64,000 bases of DNA. It comes from an uncultured delta proteobacterium. GTDB taxonomy: Bacteria; Myxococcota; Myxococcia; Myxococcales; Myxococcaceae. The stretch lies in the NCBI GenBank assembly GCA_963776345.1, contig CAVZMH010000022.1, positions 539,415 through 603,414 of the forward strand, in the 5' to 3' direction. A program made the position numbers and the translations under genes. The notes beneath the pieces are model-generated. The model saw only the letters and a program-made list of their open reading frames with translations. It ran no database searches and had not been told where the DNA came from. Below, in pieces: positions 9,194 to 18,816 of this stretch (positions within the stretch are counted from its first letter, which is position 1; every line of letters starts with the position of its first letter).

Positions 9194-10258
9194 CTACGCG
9201 GGCTCGACCGGGACCAGCCACCCGCGGGGGTCCGGCCGCCGCGACCCGAAGAGCTCGGTCAGGGTCCGGTAGAGGCGGTCGGCGACCTCGCCGCGTTCGT
9301 CCCCGAGCCGCATCGTCTTCTCGCCCCACTGCAGCTCGCCGATGGCGGAGATGGTGGCGGCGGTGCCGGTGCCGAACGCCTCCTTGAGCTGCCCATGGGC
9401 CGAGTGCTCGGCCAGCTCGGCGATGGTCACCGGCCGCTCCTCGACCTTCACCTTCCACTCGCGGAGCAAGGTGAGCACCGAGTCGCGGGTGACGCCCGCG
9501 AGGAGCGAGTCCTCGAGCGGCGGGGTCACCACCGTGTCGCCGATGCGGAAGAAGACGTTCATCGTCCCCGCCTCCTCGACGTAGCGGTGGGTCTGGTCGA
9601 GCCAGAGCACCTGGTGGAAGCCGGCCGCCTTGGCCCGCTCGGAGGCGGCCATGCCCGCGACGTAGTTGGCGCCGGCCTTCGCCGCACCGATGCCGCCGCG
9701 CGCGGCGCGCACGTGCTCGGTCTCCACCCACAGCCGCAGCGGCGTGGGCCGGGGGCCGAAGTAGTTCCCCACCGGAGAGGTGAGGACGTAGAAGAGGTAC
9801 TGCTTCGCTGGCCGCACCCCGAGGTAGGCCTCGGTGCCGATCATCGTCGGGCGGACGTAGAGCGAGGCGCCGGGCTCGGTCGGAACCCAGGACGCGTCCT
9901 CGTGGACCACCGCCCGGAGCGCGGCGAGGAACAGCTCCTCGGACACCTCGGGCATGCACAGCCGCCGCGCCGAGGCGTTGATCCGGCGGGCGTGCATCTG
10001 GGGCCGGAAGAGCAGGGGGCCGCGCTCGCCGGCCACCGCCTTCATCCCCTCGAACATCGCCTGCCCGTACTGCAGCGCGCTGGCCGCGGGGTCCAGCGGC
10101 AGCGGGCCGTAGGGGACGACGCGGGCCCCCGTCCAGCTGCGGCCGTCGTGCTCGGCGAGGAAGAGGTGGTCGCTGTAGAACCGGCCGAAGCCGAGGTCCC
10201 CGGCGGGCGGCCGCGGCTTCGGCGTCTTGGTGCGGGTCACTGGGATGTCGAACGCCAT
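9194..10258 (-). CDS. ilvE: Branched-chain amino acid aminotransferase
   Basis: LQYGQAMFEGMKA, catalytic AKAGANY, EEAGTMNVFF, LAGVTRDS, GTAA; ATG at 10258. Confidence 0.95.
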   Translation of the reverse strand: MAFDIPVTRTKTPKPRPPAGDLGFGRFYSDHLFLAEHDGRSWTGARVVPYGPLPLDPAASALQYGQAMFEGMKAVAGERGPLLFRPQMHARRINASARRLCMPEVSEELFLAALRAVVHEDASWVPTEPGASLYVRPTMIGTEAYLGVRPAKQYLFYVLTSPVGNYFGPRPTPLRLWVETEHVRAARGGIGAAKAGANYVAGMAASERAKAAGFHQVLWLDQTHRYVEEAGTMNVFFRIGDTVVTPPLEDSLLAGVTRDSVLTLLREWKVKVEERPVTIAELAEHSAHGQLKEAFGTGTAATISAIGELQWGEKTMRLGDERGEVADRLYRTLTELFGSRRPDPRGWLVPVEPA

Positions 10259-10463
10259 CGGCTCTCCTCGGAACTCCGGTCGGTGTCCCCGGGCGCCGCA
10301 TATACCGGTGCAGCGCGAAGGAGGCCACCCCCGAACCGCACCCGGGAGGGAACGAGCCGCCGCAAGCGGCCGCCGAACGGGGGTTCCGTCGACCCTGTTC
10401 CGGCCCGGCGTGTCGTGGGCTGTTCTCCCCTGCACACCCGGAGCGGCTTGCCGACCGGTCGGT

Positions 10464-11432
10464 CTAAGGGAGGGTGAGGATCTCCGCGCCGTCGCGGACC
10501 ACCAATACCGTGTGCTCCATCTGGGCGGAGCGGAGGCCGTCGGCGGTGACCGCCGTCCAGCCGTCGTTCCAGTGCTTCACGCCCCAGCTGCCCTCGGTGA
10601 GCATCGGCTCGATGGTGAAGATCATCCCCTCTTCCAGGACCGTGGTCGCCGCGGGGTCGTCGAAGTGGGGGATCTGCAGCTCGGTGTGGAAGATCTCCCC
10701 GATGCCGTGGCCGCAGTAGTTGCGGACGACGCCAAATCCATTGGCCGCGGCGTGGGCGGCGATGGCCTGGCCGATGGCGCGGACCTGGCGGCCGGGCTTC
10801 ACCGCCTCGATGCCCTTCATCAAAGCCTCCTCCGTCACCCGGAGGAGCTTCTTCGCCGCCTCGTCCACCTCGCCCACGGGGAAGGTGGCCGAGCAGTCGC
10901 CGTGCATGCCCTCGAGGTAGATGGTGACGTCGCAGTTGACGATGTCGCCCTCCTCCAGCGGCCGGTCGTCCGGGATGCCATGCACCACCACCTCGTTGAC
11001 GCTGGTGCACAGGCTCTTCTGGAAACCGTGGTACCCGAGCGTGCTCGGATAGCCGCCGCGGGCGAGGTAGGCGGCGTGGGCGACGGCGTCGAGCCCGTCG
11101 GTGGTCACGCCCGGCTTCACCTGCGCGCCGGTCTCTCGAAGGACCTGGGCGGCGGCCCGGCAGGCGCGGCGCATCCGCTCGAGCCGGGTGGCGGGGTCCC
11201 CGCGGACGCCCCTGCCCGGGCGGCCCGAGGGCACGTAGTCGGGGCGGGGAATCTCGGGCGGCACGGCGCGCACCGGCGAGATGCGGCCCGGCTTCACCCT
11301 GCGCACGCGCGGCGTCGTCCCCCCGGAGCGGGCGTCCGCCTCGCGGTGGCACTTCTTGTACTTGAGCCCGCTCCTGCACCAGCAGGGGTCGTTCGGGCCC
11401 GGGCGGGCGCTGGTGAGCTGCGGCGTGTTCAC
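10464..11432 (-). CDS. map: Type I methionyl aminopeptidase with N-terminal SEC-C zinc motif
   Basis: NDPCWCRSGLKYKKCH; SVNEVVVHGIPD, GDIVNCD, GHGIG, FTIEPM, SAQMEHT; GTG at 11432. Confidence 0.93.
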   Translation of the reverse strand: MNTPQLTSARPGPNDPCWCRSGLKYKKCHREADARSGGTTPRVRRVKPGRISPVRAVPPEIPRPDYVPSGRPGRGVRGDPATRLERMRRACRAAAQVLRETGAQVKPGVTTDGLDAVAHAAYLARGGYPSTLGYHGFQKSLCTSVNEVVVHGIPDDRPLEEGDIVNCDVTIYLEGMHGDCSATFPVGEVDEAAKKLLRVTEEALMKGIEAVKPGRQVRAIGQAIAAHAAANGFGVVRNYCGHGIGEIFHTELQIPHFDDPAATTVLEEGMIFTIEPMLTEGSWGVKHWNDGWTAVTADGLRSAQMEHTVLVVRDGAEILTLP

Positions 11433-11443
11433 GGCGGACCCAT

Positions 11444-12897
11444 CTAATTCGGCGGGCGCACCGCCGCCAGGGGGCCGGGGGTCCCGGCTCGAGCCTCGGT
11501 CCGGGGGGCGCCGGGCCGCCTGCGCTGGAAGATGCGCTCGTCCGGCCGCCCTACCAGATAGGTGACGATGTCCCGGAGCTCCGAGTCGGTGAGCCGGTCC
11601 ATGGGCATGGGCGGCATCTGCCGCGCGTCGTGCGGGGCGATCCACCGCACCCGGGCCACCAGGTAGTCGGGCTCGTAGAGGCCCACCGAGAGCGGCGGGC
11701 GCATCGCCCCCTCCCCGTGGCACCGGCCGCAGAAGCGCTCGGTGAGCACCGCGCCGCGCGCCGCATCGCCGCCCGTGGGCCGGTCGATGGCCGTCCTCCG
11801 CCCGAGCAGGAGCGGCCGGTAGTCGAGCGGGGGGGCGGAGTCGGGCGAGATGCGCCGGAGGTACGCCGCGAGGTCCGCGAGCTGGGTCGGGTCGGCGCCG
11901 GCCGGGCGGAGCATGAAGCGCCGCACGCAGAGGTCGGTCGCCTCCTCCGGCGTGCCGGCGAACCCGCGCCAGAAGCTCGATCGCCGCGCGCTGTCCCAGA
12001 GCGAGCTGTTGGGTGAGGCGTGGCCGAGCGGGTCGAGCGCGCCGGTCCGCTCGTCGCGCCAGCCGTGGCAGGAGGCGCAGGCCAGCCCGTTCTGTTCGCC
12101 GCCCACGGCCGGATCGCGGAAGAGCCGCTCGCCCCGCCCCTCGGGGCTGGTGAAGGCGAACTCCCAGCTCGGCGCCCGTGGCTGGGCCTTCGGCTTCTCC
12201 GGACGCCGGGCCACCAGGACCGAGAGCTCGAGCCGGGGGGCGGCACGGGCCGGGGAGGCCGAGGGCGCGGGAGCGGGTGGCGTGGAGAGCGCGACGGCGG
12301 GGGCGGCCGGCGCGGTGCCCCGGAAGGTGGCCTCGAAGCGGACGCGGGCCACCGAGCCGAGCTTGAGGAAGAGGCGGGCCGGGCGCGGGATGCCGTAGTC
12401 GGCGAAGGCGACGTCGAACGCGCCGGCGACGCGGAGGTCCCGGTGCCCGGCCTCGTCCGAGAGCTGCACGGTGATGGGGATGCGCACCGGCTGCTCCTTG
12501 CCGTGGAGCGAGAGGGTGCCGACGGCGTCCGCCTGGCCCTCGCGGCCGGGGACCAGCACGCCCTGGCTCGGGCGCTCGATGCGGGCGATGGTGAGCACGC
12601 CCTCGGGAAACCGGTCGACCTGGAAGAACTGGTCGCGCAGGTCCTCGTCGCGGAGGCTGAGGCCGGTGGTGAAGCCGGCGAGGTCGATGCGAATGCGGCC
12701 CGTGCCCTCGGCCCAGCTGGCCTCGTCGAAGCGGAGATCGCCCGACAGGCCCGCGGCGCTGCCGTCGATGGCGTCGAGCGGCGCCTCGACCCGGAAGCGA
12801 GCGCGACCGGTGCCCTTCTGGAGCGTCCAGGCGCGGGGCTCGGCCGCGGCGAGCGCCGGCAAGCAGGAGCGAGGAGCAGCGCCGTCTTCCAGGTCAT
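11444..12897 (-). CDS. Secreted YceI-domain / dihaem cytochrome c fusion protein (frameshift in signal peptide near 12865)
   Basis: ATG at 12897 overlaps the upstream TGA. YceI motifs TGLSLRDEDLR..FFQVDRFP, GTLSLHG, DYGI; Pro/Ala linker; CASCH and CGRCH haem motifs with distal MPPMP. Confidence 0.8.
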
Positions 12898-14276
12898 CGG
12901 ACGTCCACCAGGACCCGCGTGCGGGTGAGCCGGTCGACCAGGGTGGGCTTGCGCACCAGCGCGCGAGACCGTGCCGAGCAGGACGATGGCGGCCCACGCG
13001 GCTCCGGCGAACCCCAGCAGCCGTGGCGAGCGCACCCACCGAGGCGTAGAGCAACGAGCAGGCGAAGGGAGAGCGGCACAAACCAGCCCCACTGCAGCAG
13101 AGCGCGCGAACGCTGCGCGCGAGCGGCGGGACGTCCCCATCGGCGACCGTCCGGACCCGCAGGCGCATCAGCCACTTGCCTGGCGAGGCATCGAGGAAGG
13201 CGATGCCCAGCGCGAGCCAGAGCGCGAACCAGACCGGCGCGGCCCACGGCGCCTTCTCGAAGCGAGAAGCGGAGGATGGCGAGCGCGGGGAGGAGGTCCA
13301 GCACACCAGCGAGCAGACGCACCACCGGCGACGGGGGCGACCACGGGCTGAGGTGCTGCCCGACGCACGGCGCGCGCGAGCTCCAGGTGTGACTGGAAGC
13401 GCGCCGCCGGGTCGGGCTGGAGGCAGCGGTCGACGATGCAGGCCAGCGCCCGCGGCACGTCCGGCCCTCGCGCGGCGCACCGGGACGATGCCGGCCTCGA
13501 TCTCCCGCAGCGCCTCCTCGGCGGTGCGCGCCTTCACCGGCGGGTCGCCGACCAGCAGGTGGTAGACGGTGGCGCCGAGGCCGTAGACGTCCGCGCGCTG
13601 GTCGAGCTGCTGTCCCCTGAGCTGCTCGGGCGGCATGTACGGCAGCGTGCCCATCACCGAGCCGGCGACGCTGAGGCCGGCGACGCTCGCCATCGGACTC
13701 CTCACCAGCGTGTCGTGGTCCGACGGGCGCGTGGGTGGCGGTGACCAGCCCGAAGTCGGCGACGTGGGCGATGCCGTAGCGATCGAGCAGCACGTTGGCC
13801 GGCTTGAGATCGCGGTGGACGATGCCCAGCCGCGCGGCCTCGACCAGCGCCTCGGCGAGCCCGACGAAGTGGGTGGCCACCTCGGTCCAGGGCAGCGGAC
13901 CTTGCCGGTCCACCGCGTCCTGGAGCGAGCCGCCGTCGACCAGCTGCATGGCCATGAACCAGACGCCGCGCTCCTCGCCCACGAAGTAGACCTGCACCAC
14001 GTGGGGGTGGACCAGGTTGGCCTGGCTCTGGGCCTCGCGCTGGAAGCGGGCGAGGAAGGACGGGTCGCGCGCCAGCTCGGGGCGGAGCGTCTTCAGCGCC
14101 ACCGGCCGGTTCAGGGAGGTGTCGAAGCCGAGGTAGACCGCGCCCATGCCGCCGGAGGCGAGGCGCCGGTCCACGCGGAAATGGTGCAGGAAGGTGCCCG
14201 GGGTGAGCTCGGCGGGGACGAGGACATCGGTGAGCGGCACGGGCGAGCGTGCCGTCGGTGGCACGGTCTCGCTCAC
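12894..14276 (-). CDS. Hanks-type Ser/Thr protein kinase with C-terminal RDD membrane domain (multiple frameshifts 12960-13730)
   Basis: ASGGMGAVY, VALK, HRDLKPAN, DFG, then GTLPYMPPEQ and DVYGLG in a second frame. RDD pieces RLLAGVLD / SPGKWLMRLRV / TLVDRLTRTRV are spread over three frames. Confidence 0.8.
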   Translation of the reverse strand: MSETVPPTARSPVPLTDVLVPAELTPGTFLHHFRVDRRLASGGMGAVYLGFDTSLNRPVALKTLRPELARDPSFLARFQREAQSQANLVHPHVVQVYFVGEERGVWFMAMQLVDGGSLQDAVDRQGPLPWTEVATHFVGLAEALVEAARLGIVHRDLKPANVLLDRYGIAHVADFGLVTATHAPVGPRHAGEESDGERRRPQRRRLGDGHAAVHAARAAQGTAARPARGRLRPRRHRLPPAGRRPAGEGAHRRGGAAGDRGRHRPGAPREGRTCRGRWPASSTAASSPTRRRASSHTWSSRAPCVGQHLSPWSPPSPVVRLLAGVLDLLPALAILRFSLREGAVGRAGLVRALARAGHRLPRCLARQVADAPAGPDGRRWGRPAARAQRSRALLQWGWFVPLSLRLLVALRLGGCARHGCWGSPEPRGPPSSCSARSRALVRKPTLVDRLTRTRVLVDVR

Positions 14277-14746
14277 CTGGCCTCCAGGTCCACGATGTCC
14301 CCCCGGGTGGAGGCGATGATGGCGAGGAGCTCCTTCGTCTCGCGCTCGGGGACGGCGTGGGTCTTCAGCGCGGAGACCAGGTCCTCGCCCATGGCGTCGA
14401 ACTCGGCGGCGCGGACGTGCATCGGCGCGTGGAGCGACTTCATCGCCCGGCCGGCGTAGGTGCACGGGCCGCCCGAGGCCGCGCAGACCTGATCGGTCAG
14501 GTGGGACTGGAGCACGTCCATGTCGACGAACATGAAGCGGAGGTTGATGCGCCTGTCCCGGCCGACGTTGCCGACGAAGGTGTGCATCACTGCGTCGATG
14601 CCGGGACGGCGGCCCAGGCGCTCGTAGAGGCTCGGGCCAGTGGCGACGGAGCTCGCGGCCGCCGATGCGGGGACGGCGGGCCGGGTCGCCTCGGATCCCG
14701 AGGCGCACGCGACGAGCAGGACGAGGAGCGGCGACCAGCGGTGCAT
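14273..14746 (-). CDS. Group 1 truncated haemoglobin with lipoprotein signal
   Basis: Lipobox LVAC; SLYERLG, DRRINLRF, GGPCTYAGRAMKSLH, EFDAMGEDL. Confidence 0.9.
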   Translation of the reverse strand: MHRWSPLLVLLVACASGSEATRPAVPASAAASSVATGPSLYERLGRRPGIDAVMHTFVGNVGRDRRINLRFMFVDMDVLQSHLTDQVCAASGGPCTYAGRAMKSLHAPMHVRAAEFDAMGEDLVSALKTHAVPERETKELLAIIASTRGDIVDLEAR

Positions 14747-14956
14747 GAGGGGTCGGGAGAGCGCAGCCTAGCATGCGGCCTCTTCCGATCGGGCGGCCGG
14801 GAGGCCGGCAAGGCGTCGCTCCGCCGCGCGGGCTCCCGTGCCGCGACAACCCGCGCCGTCGGTGAGACCAGCCTCGAGCTTGGCGCGGGCATCCGTCGCT
14901 GGAGCGTCGACTCGCTGCCGACCTCGGGCGAGCCGTCGGAGCACCGGACCCCGACC

Positions 14957-15655
14957 TCAGGCGAGGTCGAAGAGCAGAACTTCGGACGCGTCATCCGCGG
15001 TCAGCGTGACCGACCGCTCGTCCGAGATGGCCGCGCCGTCGCCGGCCGAGAGCACCGTGTCTCCGATCCGGACCTGTCCGCGGGCCACCTGCACCCAGGC
15101 GTGCCGGCCGGGAGCGAGCGCCTGCGTCACCGACTGGCCGTTGCCGAGCAGCGTCGTGTAGACGCGGGCGTCCTGGTGGATCTCGAGGCTGCCATCGGCC
15201 GCGTCCGGCGAGGCGACGAGGCGGAGCCGCCCCTGCCGCTGCTCGGGCGGAAAGTGCTTCTGCTCGTAGCCCGGCACGATGCCGCGACGCTCGGGCAGGA
15301 GCCAGATCTGGAGGAAGTGCACCGGCTCGGAGCGCGAGGCGTTGAACTCGCTGTGCATCACGCCGGTCCCGGCGCTCATCCGCTGCACGTCGCCGGGGCG
15401 GATGACGCCGCCGCCGCCGGTGGAGTCCTCGTGGGCCAGCCCGCCCTCGAGCACGTAGGAGAGGATCTCCATGTCCCGGTGCCCGTGCCTGCCGAAGCCC
15501 TGGGCGGGCGCGACGCGGTCCTCGTTGATGACCCGCAGCGTGCGAAACCCCATGTGGTCCGGGTCGTGGTAGTCGGCGAAGGAGAAGGTGTGGTGGGTGT
15601 CGAGCCAGCCGTGGTCGGCGTGGCCCCGCTCGTTGCTCTTGCGAACCTGGATCAT
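14957..15655 (-). CDS. Pirin family protein (YhhW-like)
   Basis: HGWLDTHHTFSF, LRVINED, HGHRDMEI, HSE, LQIW. Confidence 0.93.
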   Translation of the reverse strand: MIQVRKSNERGHADHGWLDTHHTFSFADYHDPDHMGFRTLRVINEDRVAPAQGFGRHGHRDMEILSYVLEGGLAHEDSTGGGGVIRPGDVQRMSAGTGVMHSEFNASRSEPVHFLQIWLLPERRGIVPGYEQKHFPPEQRQGRLRLVASPDAADGSLEIHQDARVYTTLLGNGQSVTQALAPGRHAWVQVARGQVRIGDTVLSAGDGAAISDERSVTLTADDASEVLLFDLA

Positions 15656-15762
15656 GGCAAGGAGAGACTTAACGCAGGACCGGGAGATGGCCCGTCGCTC
15701 GCCCGGCAACGGTGCGTCCCCCGGCGAGCAACCGGCCCGGCTCCGGTTATGGTGGGCCGCCC

Positions 15763-16545
15763 GTGCTCCGCACCCTCGCCGCCACGCGCTACGTCACGCC
15801 GCTCCGTGAGGGCGGCAGCCTGCCGGCGATCGTCGAGGCGGAGGACGACGGGCTGTACGTGGTGAAGTTCCGCGGCGCAGGGCAGGGGCCGCGGGCGCTG
15901 GTGGCCGAGCTGCTCGCCGGGGAGATCGGCCGGGCGCTCGGGCTCCCGGTGCCGACGCTGGCGCTGGTGACGCTCGACCCGGACATCGGACGCACCGAGC
16001 CCGACGGGGAGATCCGCGACCTCCTCAAGGCCAGCGTGGGCCTGAACCTCGGCGTGGACTACCTGCCGGGCTCGCTCGGGTACGATCCGGCCGCGTCCAC
16101 CCCGCCGCCCGCGGAGCTCGCCGCGGACATCGTCTGGTTCGACGCCCTGGTGCTCAACGTGGACCGGACCCCGCGCAACCCCAACCTGCTCGAGTGGCAC
16201 CGGAAGCTCTACTGCATCGACCACGGCGCGAGCCTCTACGTGCACCACGACTGGGCGGAGGCGCCGGCCCGGGCCAGCTCTCCATTTCCCCAGGTGCGCG
16301 ACCACGTGCTGTTGCCCGTCGCGGGAGACGTCAGGGCCGCCGGCGAGCGGCTCCGCCCGAAGCTGTCCGAGGGATTGTTCCGCAAGCTCGCCGGCGCCGT
16401 GCCCGACGCCTGGCTGCCGGACGACGCCCGGGTGGGCGGCGCGGCGGCCCAGCGACAGGCGTACGTCGAGTGGCTGTCGAGGAGGCTCGCCAGCGCCGCG
16501 GTGTTCGAGGAGGAGGCCGATCGTGTCCGTGCCCTGCGCGTTTGA
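15763..16545 (+). CDS. HipA-like (HipA_2-type) kinase
   Basis: RYVTPLREGGSLP, VVKFRGAGQG, NVDRTPRNPNLL, IDHG. Confidence 0.85.
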   Translation: MLRTLAATRYVTPLREGGSLPAIVEAEDDGLYVVKFRGAGQGPRALVAELLAGEIGRALGLPVPTLALVTLDPDIGRTEPDGEIRDLLKASVGLNLGVDYLPGSLGYDPAASTPPPAELAADIVWFDALVLNVDRTPRNPNLLEWHRKLYCIDHGASLYVHHDWAEAPARASSPFPQVRDHVLLPVAGDVRAAGERLRPKLSEGLFRKLAGAVPDAWLPDDARVGGAAAQRQAYVEWLSRRLASAAVFEEEADRVRALRV

Positions 16546-16915
16546 CTACGCGGTGGTCCGGGTGGTCCCCCGGGTCGAGCGCGGCGAGTTCCTGAACGCC
16601 GGGGTCATCGTCTGGTGTCTCGCCCAGGACTACCTCGCCGCCCGGGTGGCGCTGGACGTGGTGCGGCTCCGCGCGCTCGACCCGCACGCCGACGTCGACG
16701 CCATCTCGGCTCACCTCGGCGCGGTGCAGCGGATCTGCGCCGGCGATCCGGATGCGGGACCCGTGGCGCGGCTCCCGGCGAAGGAGCGCTTCCACTGGCT
16801 GGTGGCGCCGAGGAGCACCGTCATCCAGACGTCGCCCGTCCACGCAGGGAGGGCCGAGGTACCGCAGGAGGCGCTGACCCGGCTCTTCAAGACGCTGGTG
16901 GAGGCCGGCACGTGA
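16523..16915 (+). CDS. DUF3037 domain protein
   Basis: FDYAVVRVVPRVERGEFLNAGV...ERFHWLVAPRSTVIQTSPVH; overlaps the kinase end. Confidence 0.88.
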   Translation: MSVPCAFDYAVVRVVPRVERGEFLNAGVIVWCLAQDYLAARVALDVVRLRALDPHADVDAISAHLGAVQRICAGDPDAGPVARLPAKERFHWLVAPRSTVIQTSPVHAGRAEVPQEALTRLFKTLVEAGT

Positions 16916-17553
16916 GCCGTCACCCGCCCGTGCCCCGGCGGGTGTTCCTCCTGTCCCCGGCACGCTGCGATGGGGTGCGGATGTCGATGCTCCGGCGTCC
17001 GGCGGCCCGATTCCCGCTGGCGATGGAGCTGCGGTCCGAGGCCGGGGCGGCGCTCGGCGAGGTGTTCGCCTTCGCCAGCGGCCTCTATTTCCGCGGGAAG
17101 CTCGCCTACGCGCGGACCTTCGGAGCGTCGTGGGTCATCACCCCTGGCGCGGGTCTGGTCGAGCCCGAGCGGCGCATCACCCCGGCGGACCTCGACCTCT
17201 GGGAGCGGGTGCGCGTCGACCTCGAGGATGCGCGGTACCGCCATCCGCTCGAGCGCGATGCCCGGGGGCTGGCGGCGCGGCTCCCGGAGGCGGAGGTGGT
17301 GCTGCTCGGGAGCATTGCCAGCGACAAGTACGTGGACCTGTTGCTCGAGGTCTTCGACGACCGGCTGCTCTTCCCGGTGGACTTCGTCGGGCGCGGGGAC
17401 ATGAGCCGGGGAGGGCTTCTGCTCCGCTCGGCGCGGAGTGGGACCGAGTTGCCGTACCGGCCGGTGCGCGGAGCCGTCCGCCACGGACCTCGACCGCCTC
17501 GCTTGCCCCGGCTCCCGCGCGCCGGCACGAGCGCCGCTGGCCGAGACGAGTGA
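16912..17553 (+). CDS. Conserved hypothetical protein (possible YaaA-like fold)
   Basis: GTGA overlap with DUF3037; VFLLSPARC, SGLYFRGKLAYA, VLLGSIASDKY, GRGDMSRGGLLL. Confidence 0.7.
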   Translation: MSRHPPVPRRVFLLSPARCDGVRMSMLRRPAARFPLAMELRSEAGAALGEVFAFASGLYFRGKLAYARTFGASWVITPGAGLVEPERRITPADLDLWERVRVDLEDARYRHPLERDARGLAARLPEAEVVLLGSIASDKYVDLLLEVFDDRLLFPVDFVGRGDMSRGGLLLRSARSGTELPYRPVRGAVRHGPRPPRLPRLPRAGTSAAGRDE

Positions 17554-17579
17554 GCCCGTCGACCGCTCGTCCGCCGAGC

Positions 17580-18755
17580 TCAGGCTGCGAGCAGCGCGCG
17601 GACCAGGCCGACCACGCCGCCGGCGAGCACGACGTACGCCACGTTCACCCGCTTTCCGCCGGCGACCAGCACGGCGAATGCCACGAGGCCGAGCACCAGC
17701 GTCACCCAGTCGATCCGGCCCGCGTGCATCACCGTCGCCTGGGCGAGCGCCAGGGACACCGCCGCCATCAGGGCGAGCACGCCCGCGGTGACGCCCTGGA
17801 GGAACGGCTGCACCCCGGGCCAGGCGGTGATCCGCTCGAGGTGCGGCGCTCCGGCGAGCACCAGCACGAACGAGGGAAGGAAGAGCCAGAACCCCGCGGA
17901 CATCGCCGAGGCGAGGCCGACGCCCACCGGGTGCCCGGCGAGGTAGCCGATGAAGACGCCGATGCTGATCAACGGCCCGGGCGTGGTCTCGCCCAGCGCC
18001 AGCGCATCCACCATCTGCGCGTCGGTGAGCCAGCCCGACTGGAGCACCGCGCCCTCGCGCAGCAGCGGGAGCACTGCGTACGCGCCGCCGAATGAGACCA
18101 GGCCCACCTTGAGGAAGAAGAGCGAGACGTCGCGGAGGCGTTCCAGCGCCGGCATCGCGGCCTCCGCCCGGCCCGGGGCGAGGAGCGCCAGCACCGCGCT
18201 CCCCACCACCGTCCCGTGCAGGCGCGAGCGGAGGATGGAGAGGGCGCCGCAGCCGAGCAGCAGGGGCACGAAGCCCACGTGGAGGAAGACCGAGGCCCCG
18301 AAGGCGAGCACGGCCAGCACCTTCTGGAACGGCGTCCGCAGCGCCGCCTTGCTCAGCCGGAGCATCGCCGAGGCGAGCAGGGCAAGCGCCACCGGGCGAA
18401 ATCCCGACAGCACCCCGAGCAGCTCGGGGCTCGAGCCGTAGCGGACGTAGATCGTCCCCAGCGTGGCCAGGGTGATGAACCCCGGGGCGATGAACAGCAC
18501 CCCGGCGAGGACGCCGCCGAGGACGCCGAGGACCCGCCAGCCGATGAGGATCGCCATCTGCGACGCCTCGGGGCCCGGCAGCACGTGCACGAAGTTCAGC
18601 GCCCGGACGAACTCGGCGTCGTCCAGCCAGCGTCGACGCTCGACGCACTCGTCGTGCATCAGCCCGAGCTGGGCCACCGGCCCGCCGAAGGCGAGCCAGC
18701 CGATCCGGAAGAAGACGCGGACCAGCTCGGAGAGGGAGACGGGCGGGGCGGGCAT
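17580..18755 (-). CDS. chrA: Chromate efflux transporter (long-chain CHR)
   Basis: Two repeats: FGGPVAQ...LPGPEASQ and SFGGAYAV...TTPGP. Confidence 0.9.
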   Translation of the reverse strand: MPAPPVSLSELVRVFFRIGWLAFGGPVAQLGLMHDECVERRRWLDDAEFVRALNFVHVLPGPEASQMAILIGWRVLGVLGGVLAGVLFIAPGFITLATLGTIYVRYGSSPELLGVLSGFRPVALALLASAMLRLSKAALRTPFQKVLAVLAFGASVFLHVGFVPLLLGCGALSILRSRLHGTVVGSAVLALLAPGRAEAAMPALERLRDVSLFFLKVGLVSFGGAYAVLPLLREGAVLQSGWLTDAQMVDALALGETTPGPLISIGVFIGYLAGHPVGVGLASAMSAGFWLFLPSFVLVLAGAPHLERITAWPGVQPFLQGVTAGVLALMAAVSLALAQATVMHAGRIDWVTLVLGLVAFAVLVAGGKRVNVAYVVLAGGVVGLVRALLAA

Positions 18756-18816
18756 GCCGGGGCCCGAACCATCGCCCGCAATGGCGCGGGCGCGCCAATT
18801 CCCTGCGAGTTGCAGC

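Noticed and set aside
11444..13705. 753-aa kinase-fragment/YceI/cytochrome fusion ORF
   Set aside because: Product of frameshifts. A separate ATG with signal peptide at 12897 overlaps the kinase-RDD stop at 12894.
12894..13730. Programmed frameshifting or phase variation in the kinase
   Set aside because: There are too many breaks and no slippery heptamers or long homopolymers, so sequencing error is more parsimonious.
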